In this document: positions 55,830-62,495 of the stretch, one piece after another
Layout of the letters: every line of letters starts with the position of its first letter
Numbering within the stretch: the stretch's first letter is position 1
Origin: an uncultured Oscillospiraceae bacterium
GTDB taxonomy: Bacteria; Bacillota; Clostridia; Oscillospirales; Acutalibacteraceae
Reading direction: 5' to 3'
DNA length: 62,495 nucleotides
Assembly (NCBI GenBank): GCA_902474595.1
Contig: CABRWD010000001.1
Span: forward strand, 1 to 62,495
The notes under the pieces: generated by a model
Databases searched by the model: none
Told to the model about the DNA's origin: nothing
The model's input: only the letters and a program-made list of their open reading frames with translations
Program-made: the position numbers and the translations under genes

Positions 55830-57029
55830 ATGACCGATAATCTTTTTTTACCCGCAAATATTCTTTTGCCGAAGGACGGCTTTGAAAGGTGGGCGGTAAT
55901 CGCCTGCGACCAGTACACCTCCGAGCCCGATTACTGGAAACGGGTAAAAGAGTATGTGGGAAGCTCACCCTCCGCGCTTAATATTGTTTTTCCCGAGGTT
56001 TATCTGACGGAGGACAACAGCGCAAAAATCTCGAAAATAAACGCGACTATGAAAGAGTATCTTGACGGCGATGTTTTTGATACATATGAAAACACCTTTG
56101 TCTATGTTAAGCGTACCCTTTCCTGCGGTAAGGTACGCCGCGGGATAGTCGGGCTTATTGATTTGGAGAATTACAGCTGTGAAAAAAACAGCCGTACCCT
56201 TATAAGAGCGACCGAGGAAACCGTAGCCGAGCGTATTCCGCCGAGGGTGGAAATAAGAAAGTACGCCCCAATGGAGCTCCCTCATATAATGCTGCTTATC
56301 GACGACCCCGAGAAAACCGTTATTGAGCCGCTTGACAGCGAGGATGAAACCGCTCCCCTGCTTTACGATTTTGATTTAATGCAAAATGGCGGACATATAA
56401 AAGGTACTGCGATAAACGGAAAAGCCGCCAAGGCTTTACAGGAACGGCTTTCCGCCCTTGCGGTGGAGGACGATGGCCGACTGCTCTTCGCCGTCGGCGA
56501 CGGGAACCACTCCCTTGCCGCCGCAAAGGAATGTTACAGACTTAATAAAACCGAGGCTTCGCGTTACGCGCTGGTTGAGATTGTTAATATTCACGATTCC
56601 TCCCTCGATTTCGAGCCGATTTACCGCCTGCTCTTCGGAGTAGACCCCGAAGAGGTTATAAACGGCTTTGTCGCCTCCTTGGGCGGAGAATATAAGGGAG
56701 CGGACGCGCAGAGCTTTACCTGCATTTACGGGGAAAATCAGCGTGAAATTTCGGTAAAACCCACCGCAAAGCTGGCGGTCGGCACGCTTCAAGGCTATTT
56801 AGATAAATTTTTAAGGCAAAACCCCGAGGCGCGTATAGATTATATTCACGGCGAAGACTCGTTGCGCGAGCTTGCCAAGACACAGAATACACTCGGCTTT
56901 TTGTTCAGCGGTATGCGCAAGGACGAGCTTTTCACAGCCGTAAGCCATGACGGTTCTCTCCCCCGCAAGACCTTTTCGATGGGCTGTGCGGACGACAAAC
57001 GCTTCTACCTTGAGGGCAGAAGGCTTTAA
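55830..57029 (+). CDS. DUF1015 domain protein
   Basis: LLPKDGFERWAVIACDQYTSEPDYW and AVGDGNHSLAAAK resemble the DUF1015 family. Confidence 0.75.
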   Translation: MTDNLFLPANILLPKDGFERWAVIACDQYTSEPDYWKRVKEYVGSSPSALNIVFPEVYLTEDNSAKISKINATMKEYLDGDVFDTYENTFVYVKRTLSCGKVRRGIVGLIDLENYSCEKNSRTLIRATEETVAERIPPRVEIRKYAPMELPHIMLLIDDPEKTVIEPLDSEDETAPLLYDFDLMQNGGHIKGTAINGKAAKALQERLSALAVEDDGRLLFAVGDGNHSLAAAKECYRLNKTEASRYALVEIVNIHDSSLDFEPIYRLLFGVDPEEVINGFVASLGGEYKGADAQSFTCIYGENQREISVKPTAKLAVGTLQGYLDKFLRQNPEARIDYIHGEDSLRELAKTQNTLGFLFSGMRKDELFTAVSHDGSLPRKTFSMGCADDKRFYLEGRRL

Positions 57030-57066
57030 CAGACATTACAGCCGAGAAACACCATAAAAGACGAGT

Positions 57067-57100
57067 GCCCCAACTACGCGTCTGCGTGTCGAGGCACTCG
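57067..57100. repeat. 34-nt direct repeat copy 1 (embedded in a hairpin, likely a bidirectional terminator)
   Basis: gccccaactacgcgtctgcgtgtcgaggcactcg. The flanking acgagtgcc/ggcactcgt stem gives a T-run on the minus strand. Confidence 0.8.
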
Positions 57101-57165
57101 TTTGTCAACAGGCATAAAAAAGAGATGCCGTTTCGACGCGAGAGTGAAAACCGTAAAAAATAAGA

Positions 57166-57199
57166 GCCCCAACTACGCGTCTGCGTGTCGAGGCACTCG
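57166..57199. repeat. 34-nt direct repeat copy 2, abutting the tRNA 3' end
   Basis: Identical 34-mer, 99 nt from copy 1. Confidence 0.8.
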
Positions 57200-57201
57200 A
57201 C

Positions 57202-57275
57202 TGGAGCGGATAATGGGAGTCGAACCCACCTATTCAGCTTGGGAAGCTGATGTTCTACCGATGAACTATATCCGC
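57202..57275 (-). tRNA. tRNA-Gly (anticodon CCC), CCA encoded
   Basis: Minus strand reads GCGGATATAGTTCATCGGTAGAACATCAGCTTCCCAAGCTGAATAGGTGGGTTCGACTCCCATTATCCGCTCCA. The cloverleaf folds by hand: 7-bp acceptor stem, anticodon loop TTCCCAA, T-loop TTCGACT. Confidence 0.9.
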
Positions 57276-57373
57276 GTTGTTTTACATTATATCACATTGT
57301 TTCTTTCTTTTCAAGCGTTTAGTTTAAGGTTTTGAAAAAGGCTTAGAAAAATATAGAATCATAAAAAATATTA

Positions 57374-57402
57374 TTGACATTTAATACTTATTAGTATATA
57401 AT
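57374..57402 (+). promoter_or_regulatory. sigma-A promoter with an internal palindrome (possible Fur-family operator)
   Basis: TTGACA, 17 nt spacer, TATAAT. The spacer contains atact-tatt-agtat. Confidence 0.45.
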
Positions 57403-57435
57403 ATCATTAAGAAAGGCATTGGGGATTTGAGAAAA

Positions 57436-57828
57436 ATGGTAAAGCGAAATACTATTCAGCGCGCATTGGTTTTGGAAACCGTGAATAAATTGCAGAATCA
57501 CGCCACGGCAGACGAGATTTATTCCGCACTTGTCGGCGAACACCCTAACATCAGCCGAGCGACAGTATACCGCAACCTGAATCTCCTGTCCGAAACGGGA
57601 GAGATACGCAAGCTGGAGATTCCCGGCGGTCCTGACCGCTTCGACCACTGTGTTCACAATCATTGCCACGTAAAATGCGAAAAATGCGGGCGGCTTTTTG
57701 ATGTGGATATGGATTACGTTTCGGGTCTTGAAAGCAACATAAGGGATACCCGCGGCTTTGATTTTACGGGCTACGATATTATTTTCCGAGGTGTTTGCCC
57801 CGAATGTAAAAAGAAGCCGCAGGACTGA
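57436..57828 (+). CDS. Fur-family transcriptional regulator (Zur/PerR/Fur; subtype not resolvable)
   Basis: A winged helix (TIQRALVLETV...ISRATVYRNLNLL) is present, along with a HCVHNHCH metal motif and the CxxC pairs CEKCG and CPEC. Confidence 0.85.
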   Translation: MVKRNTIQRALVLETVNKLQNHATADEIYSALVGEHPNISRATVYRNLNLLSETGEIRKLEIPGGPDRFDHCVHNHCHVKCEKCGRLFDVDMDYVSGLESNIRDTRGFDFTGYDIIFRGVCPECKKKPQD

Positions 57829-57891
57829 TATGTTTTAGGAAAAAGCTCGGAAACGAGCATTTTCAAATAAAAAATATTTAGGAGGATTATT

Positions 57892-58458
57892 ATGAGAAGC
57901 ATCACCACATTAGATTTACAGTACGCGCACCGTTTTTACGGCTTTAAGGGCGAGGCGCAGTATCTGCACGGACACACAGGGGTTTTAACAATCGAAGTCG
58001 AGGACACCGTCGAACCCGGCGTAAATATGGTTTTCCCCTGCAATGAAATTCAAAAAACCGCGTGGGAGGTTCTGAAAAATTTTGATCACGCCTTGATTTT
58101 AAGGGAGGACGACCCGTTGCTCCCCGCTATTTTAAAGGTTTACGAGGATCAGGGAATTAAGGACGGCGCACCGACCAACAAGATGAAGGGTCCCGCCTTT
58201 AAAACCGAGCTTGCCACGGCTTACCCCGATTGCCGCCTAGTTGTAACTAAGGAAACAATGACCGTTGAGGGTATGATTAAGATAGTATACGACCTTTTAA
58301 AGGATAAGCTGAATATCGCAAAGCTGACCTTTACAAGCGGCGTCAATGCGGCTACCCAGGAGTACAAGCCCGAAAAAAAGGTTGACCGCTGTCCGTTATG
58401 CGGTATCGCCCTTAACGAAAACGGCGTATGCCCGAAGTGCGGATACAGAAAGAACTAA
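57892..58458 (+). CDS. 6-pyruvoyl-tetrahydropterin synthase/QueD-like protein with a C-terminal zinc ribbon
   Basis: YAHRF...YLHGHTGVLTIEV matches the PTPS His-triad spacing. The C-terminus carries CPLCG...CPKCG. Confidence 0.7.
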   Translation: MRSITTLDLQYAHRFYGFKGEAQYLHGHTGVLTIEVEDTVEPGVNMVFPCNEIQKTAWEVLKNFDHALILREDDPLLPAILKVYEDQGIKDGAPTNKMKGPAFKTELATAYPDCRLVVTKETMTVEGMIKIVYDLLKDKLNIAKLTFTSGVNAATQEYKPEKKVDRCPLCGIALNENGVCPKCGYRKN

Positions 58459-58550
58459 TTTAACAAAAAGATATATTTTTAAAAACCGACAGGGGCTGTA
58501 AAAAAACACATTATCCGAAAAGACAAATTAATTCAGGGAAAATAAAAATA

Positions 58551-58603
58551 CAAGCTCTGCAAAAGCACAAAAATAAGGCTTTTGCAGAGCTTGCTTGCTT
58601 TTT
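58551..58603 (+). terminator. Rho-independent terminator
   Basis: Perfect 16-bp stem caagctctgcaaaagc / gcttttgcagagcttg, followed by cttgcttttt. Confidence 0.8.
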
Positions 58604-58610
58604 AAAAAAC

Positions 58611-58810
58611 AAATCGGGGTTTGTAGAGGTAAAATGATATTAAAAATAGCCTCCCTTGCCTAAAGGGAGGTGGCTGAGCGAAGCGAAGTCGGAGGGATTC
58701 GATTATTTTTCTGCTAAGCCAGTATCCCCCAGTCTCGCTACGCTCGACAGCCCCCTTTAGGCAAGTGGCCTTTTTATGCGCTAATCAATCACCCCTACAA
58801 ACCCTGATTT
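58611..58810. repeat. composite palindromic repeat, family A copy 2 (inverted relative to copy 1) with terminal inverted repeats
   Basis: The TIRs are aaatcggggtttgtagagg and cccctacaaaccctgattt. The core arm tcccccagtctcgctacgctcgacagccccctttaggcaag is the reverse complement of the 41147..41187 arm. Confidence 0.85.
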
Positions 58811-58850
58811 ATTATTTACGGTTCCGTTTAATGTATAACATCTAAAAAAC

Positions 58851-59068
58851 GGGCGGTCAAGGATGTCCGCCCCTATGGTGGTTAATTAAATTTGTGTAGG
58901 GTGCGGGTGTCCGGTGGACACCGCCCGGAAGCAACAGCACCGACCGAGGCGGCAGCCGAGACACAGGCGTCCTCGACTGTCCGTGGACATTCAAACGGGA
59001 TGATGTGGGCATCATCCCCTACTCATACTCTATTAACCTATGTAGGGGACGATGCCCACATCGTCCCG
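58851..59068. repeat. cluster of REP-like GTAG-hairpin units plus family B segment copy 2
   Basis: Four units: gggcggtcaaggatgtccgcccCTAT, GTAGggtgcgggtgtccggtggacaccgccc, gggatgatgtgggcatcatcccCTAC, and GTAGgggacgatgcccacatcgtccc. Positions 58892..58962 nearly match 42764..42836. Confidence 0.8.
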
Positions 59069-59079
59069 TATTACGCATT

Positions 59080-59118
59080 AAAAACCCCGCGAAAGACATT
59101 TCTGCCTTTCGCGGGGTT
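59080..59118 (-). terminator. Rho-independent terminator of nifJ
   Basis: ccccgcgaaag / ctttcgcgggg stem. The minus strand follows with ttttt. Confidence 0.8.
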
Positions 59119-59131
59119 TGTTGTTGTTGGA

Positions 59132-62100
59132 TTATTCCTCTGTGCCGTAGAGCTTAACGAGCTTTTCGAGGTGAGCGCGGCGAGCCTTTGCGGTCTCGGC
59201 GGCCTTGTCGAAGAGCTGTTCGGCGCGGTCGGGGAAGGAGCGTGTGAGTGAGGAGTAACGAGCCTCGCCCATGATGAAGTCCTTATAGTCAGCGGTTGCG
59301 GGCTTGCTGTCAAGCGCGAAGGGATTCTTACCCTCTGCCTTAAGCGCGGGATTGTAACGGAACATATCCCAGTAGCCGCAGTCTACAGCCTTCTTCATTT
59401 CCTTCTGGCAGTTAACCATACCGCCCTTAATCGAGTGCATCTCGCAGGGAGCGTAGCCGATTACAAGAGACGGGCCCGGATAAGCCTCAGCCTCTTTAAG
59501 AGCCTTTAAGGTCTGGTTCATATCAGCGCCCATAGCTATCTGCGCTACATAGATGTAGCCGTAGGACATAGCTATCTCTGCAAGGCTCTTCTTGGCGATA
59601 GCCTTACCTGCCGCCGCGAACTGAGCAACCTGACCGATGTTGGACGCCTTGGAAGCCTGACCGCCGGTGTTTGAGTAAACCTCGGTATCGAATACCATAA
59701 TGTTTACATCGTTGCCCTGAGCTAAAACGTGGTCAACGCCGCCGAAGCCGATGTCGTAAGCCCAGCCGTCGCCGCCGAAGATCCAAACCGACTTCTTGTT
59801 AAGGAATTCCTTATTGTCAAGAACATCCTTGCAAATCGGGCAGTTTGCGCCTTGCTTTTCAAGTGCGGCAACAAGCGCCTCGGAAGCGGCGGTGTTCTTA
59901 GCGCCGTTGTCAACGGTTGCGAGATATTCCTCGGCAGCCGCCTTAACAGCCTCGTCCGCCTTGTCGGAAGCGGCAATCTGCTTAACATCGTCAATAAGAC
60001 GGTCGCGGATAGCCTTCTGACCTAAATACATACCGTAGCCGTGCTCGGCGTTATCCTCAAAGAGGGAGTTAGCCCAAGCGGGGCCCTGACCCTTAGCATT
60101 GGTGGTGTAGGGTGAGGTAGCGGCAGGTCCGCCCCAGATTGAAGAACAGCCTGTAGCGTTGGAGACATACATTCTGTCGCCGAAGAGCTGGGTGATAAGG
60201 CGTGCATAAGAGGTCTCAGCACAGCCCGCGCAGGAACCGGAGAACTCAAGAAGCGGCTTTCTGAACTGTGAAGTAATAACGTTTGCGTCGGTAGCAACAT
60301 CCTTCTTCTCAGCAACCTTGGCAACGCAGTAATCGAAGGAAGCCTGCTCTACAAGCTGTGACTCCTGAGATACCATCTTGAGTGAATTGGTCGGGCATAC
60401 GCCTACGCATACGCCGCAGCCCATACAGTCAAGGGGAGAAACGGTCAAAGCATAGGTGTAATCTGTCTTAAGGAAGGGCTTGGGAGCCTTCTTTAATGTA
60501 GCGGGAGCCGCCGCAACCTCCTCGGCGGTGAGCACGAAGGGACGGATTGTAGCGTGGGGGCAAACGAAAGCGCACTTGTTACACTTAGCGCAGGTATCGG
60601 GATTCCACTCGGGAACCATAACCGCAACACCGCGCTTCTCGTAAGCCGAAGCGCCCTGCTCAAAGGTACCGTCGGCATGGTCCATAAATACAGATACGGG
60701 GAGAGAATCGCCGTTCATAAGACCAACCGGCTTCATAATATCGTCAACCATCTTGACAAGCTTTGCGGGACCCTCTTCCTTTACGGCAGCGGTGTTGTCC
60801 ACAGCGTCAGCCCAGTCGGCGGGAACGTCAATCTTAACATAGGCAGTAGCGCCTGCGTCGATTGCCTTCTCGTTCATCTCGACGATTTCTTTGCCCTTCT
60901 TCATAAACTTCTGGGCCTTCTCCTTCATATAGCCGATAGCCTCTTCCTCGGGGAGAACCTTGGAAAGTGAGAAGAAAGCGGACTGAAGAACGGTATTTGT
61001 ACGCTTGCCGAGACCTATCTCTGCGGCAATATCGATAGCGTTAACGGTGTAAAGCTGAATGTTGTTCTTGGCTATGTAACGCTTAGCCTCAGCCGGCATA
61101 TGAGTGTTAAGCTCATCGGCTGTCCACTGGCAGTTGATAAGGAATACGCCGCCCGGCTTTACATCGTTTACCATCTTGTAGCCCTTGATTACATAGGAGG
61201 GGTTGTGGCAGGCAACAAAGTCCGCCTTGTTGATGTAGTAGGGGCTCTTAATCGGCTTGTCCCCGAAGCGGAGGTGGGATACGGTGATACCGCCTGTCTT
61301 CTTAGAGTCATACTGGAAGTATGCCTGAACATACTTGTCGGTATGGTCGCCGATAATCTTGATGGAGTCCTTGTTCGCGCCGACGGTACCGTCGCCGCCA
61401 AGACCCCAGAACTTGCACTCGATAGTACCCTCTGCCGCGGTGTTCGGAGCGGGCTCCTCTGCAAGTGACAAATCGGTAACATCATCGGTAATACCGATTG
61501 TGAAGTTGTGCTTGGGAGCATCCTTTTCGAGTTCCTTGTATACAGCGAATACGCTTGAGGGCGGTGTGTCCTTAGAGCCTAAGCCGTAACGGCCGCCTAC
61601 AACGGTATCAACCTTTTTGCCGGTAGCGGCAAGAGCGGCTACAACATCGAGGTAAAGGGGCTCGCCTAACGCGCCGGGCTCCTTAGTTCTGTCAAGCACG
61701 GCAACCTTCTTAGCGGTAGCGGGGATAGCCTCTGCTAGTCTTTGGGCGCTGAAGGGACGGTAAAGGCGAACCTTTACAAGACCTACCTTCTCGCCCTTAG
61801 CGGTCAAGTAGTCGATAACCTCCTCCGCAACGTCGCAGATAGAGCCCATTGCTACGATAACGCGCTCGGCGTCGGGTGCGCCGTAGTAGTTGAACAGCTT
61901 GTAATCGGTGCCGATTTTGCTGTTAATCTTGTCCATATACTTCTCAACAATCGCGGGCATAGCGTCATAGTACTTGTTGCATGCCTCGCGGTGCTGGAAG
62001 AAGATATCGCCGTTCTCGTGAGAACCGCGCATTACGGGATGCTCGGGGTTAAGGGCGCGCTTTCTGAAGGCGTCAACCGCGTCCATATCGCACATTTCCT

Positions 62101-62494
62101 TAAGATCCTCGTAATCCCATACCTGAATCTTCTGAATTTCGTGAGAGGTGCGGAAGCCGTCAAAGAAGTTAATAAACGGAACTCTGCCCTCGATGGAAGC
62201 TAAGTGAGCTACGGGAGCTAAGTCCATAACCTCCTGGGGGTTGGTCTCGGCGAGCATAGCAAAGCCGGTCTGGCGGCAGGCGTATACATCGGAGTGGTCG
62301 CCGAAGATGTTAAGGGCGTGAGAAGCCACGCAGCGAGCCGATACATGGAAAACGCAGGGGAGCAATTCGCCCGCGATTTTATACATGTTCGGGATCATAA
62401 GTAATAGTCCCTGAGAAGCGGTGAAGGTGGTGGTTAAAGCACCCGCCGCCAAAGAGCCGTGTACCGTACCTGCGGCACCCGCCTCGGACTGCAT
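59132..62494 (-). CDS. nifJ: pyruvate:ferredoxin (flavodoxin) oxidoreductase, N-terminus beyond the window edge
   Basis: At least 1120 aa. It has two ferredoxin motifs (CAKCNKCAFVCP, CMGCGVCVGVCP) and the TPP-binding region GGDGWAYDIG. The ORF runs off the 3' end of the window. Confidence 0.95.
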   Translation of the reverse strand: MQSEAGAAGTVHGSLAAGALTTTFTASQGLLLMIPNMYKIAGELLPCVFHVSARCVASHALNIFGDHSDVYACRQTGFAMLAETNPQEVMDLAPVAHLASIEGRVPFINFFDGFRTSHEIQKIQVWDYEDLKEMCDMDAVDAFRKRALNPEHPVMRGSHENGDIFFQHREACNKYYDAMPAIVEKYMDKINSKIGTDYKLFNYYGAPDAERVIVAMGSICDVAEEVIDYLTAKGEKVGLVKVRLYRPFSAQRLAEAIPATAKKVAVLDRTKEPGALGEPLYLDVVAALAATGKKVDTVVGGRYGLGSKDTPPSSVFAVYKELEKDAPKHNFTIGITDDVTDLSLAEEPAPNTAAEGTIECKFWGLGGDGTVGANKDSIKIIGDHTDKYVQAYFQYDSKKTGGITVSHLRFGDKPIKSPYYINKADFVACHNPSYVIKGYKMVNDVKPGGVFLINCQWTADELNTHMPAEAKRYIAKNNIQLYTVNAIDIAAEIGLGKRTNTVLQSAFFSLSKVLPEEEAIGYMKEKAQKFMKKGKEIVEMNEKAIDAGATAYVKIDVPADWADAVDNTAAVKEEGPAKLVKMVDDIMKPVGLMNGDSLPVSVFMDHADGTFEQGASAYEKRGVAVMVPEWNPDTCAKCNKCAFVCPHATIRPFVLTAEEVAAAPATLKKAPKPFLKTDYTYALTVSPLDCMGCGVCVGVCPTNSLKMVSQESQLVEQASFDYCVAKVAEKKDVATDANVITSQFRKPLLEFSGSCAGCAETSYARLITQLFGDRMYVSNATGCSSIWGGPAATSPYTTNAKGQGPAWANSLFEDNAEHGYGMYLGQKAIRDRLIDDVKQIAASDKADEAVKAAAEEYLATVDNGAKNTAASEALVAALEKQGANCPICKDVLDNKEFLNKKSVWIFGGDGWAYDIGFGGVDHVLAQGNDVNIMVFDTEVYSNTGGQASKASNIGQVAQFAAAGKAIAKKSLAEIAMSYGYIYVAQIAMGADMNQTLKALKEAEAYPGPSLVIGYAPCEMHSIKGGMVNCQKEMKKAVDCGYWDMFRYNPALKAEGKNPFALDSKPATADYKDFIMGEARYSSLTRSFPDRAEQLFDKAAETAKARRAHLEKLVKLYGTEE

Positions 62495-62495
62495 T

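Noticed and set aside
57102-57335. 77-aa ORF on the plus strand
   Set aside because: It runs antisense across the tRNA-Gly(CCC) gene and the 34-nt repeat, and has no RBS. It is spurious.
1-62495. CRISPR arrays, prophage structural genes, toxin-antitoxin pairs or recognisable defence-system genes
   Set aside because: - No regularly spaced direct repeats with unique spacers were found. The repeats present are palindromic and irregular.
- No nuclease, helicase, methylase or Cas-like ORFs were recognised.

Overview
This window looks like a Clostridia-type anaerobe chromosome (T-box leader, PFOR, Gram-positive RBSs and lipoboxes) and splits into two compositional halves. All homology calls below are motif recognition by eye, with no database search.

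**1. Positions 1-27.6 kb (visibly AT-rich).** One long minus-strand Wzx/Wzy-type polysaccharide locus:
- rfbA/rfbB, two DegT aminotransferases and an initiating sugar transferase.
- About ten glycosyltransferases, an EpsG-like polymerase and a flippase.
- Two pyruvyl transferases, an LbH acetyltransferase, two ATP-grasp ligases, an SDR and an MBL-fold protein.
- Two damaged acyltransferase genes, one interrupted at a C8/G8 homopolymer.

**2. Position 28 kb.** A large serine recombinase sits exactly at the compositional junction. Its 46-nt terminator segment recurs after trpA, 24.7 kb away.

**3. Positions 30-62 kb (higher G+C).**
- A NitT/TauT-type ABC importer whose binding protein appears circularly permuted.
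- A reductive pyrimidine/hydantoin catabolic cluster: dihydropyrimidinase, a PreA-like dehydrogenase with no PreT partner, a PucR regulator, a class-III aminotransferase, an M20 amidohydrolase and an Fe-ADH.
- A translationally coupled five-gene module: circularly permuted ATP-grasp, alpha-E, transglutaminase-like protein, and an intact/degenerate AstE-AspA pair. This is my best candidate for an uncharacterised system.
- A T-box(Trp)-controlled trpEGDCFBA operon.
- A DUF378 protein, a lipoprotein, a DUF1015 protein, tRNA-Gly(CCC), a Fur-family regulator with a Cys-less PTPS/QueD-like protein, and a partial nifJ.

Several families of nested palindromic and GTAG-hairpin (REP-like) repeats occupy the intergenic spacers.
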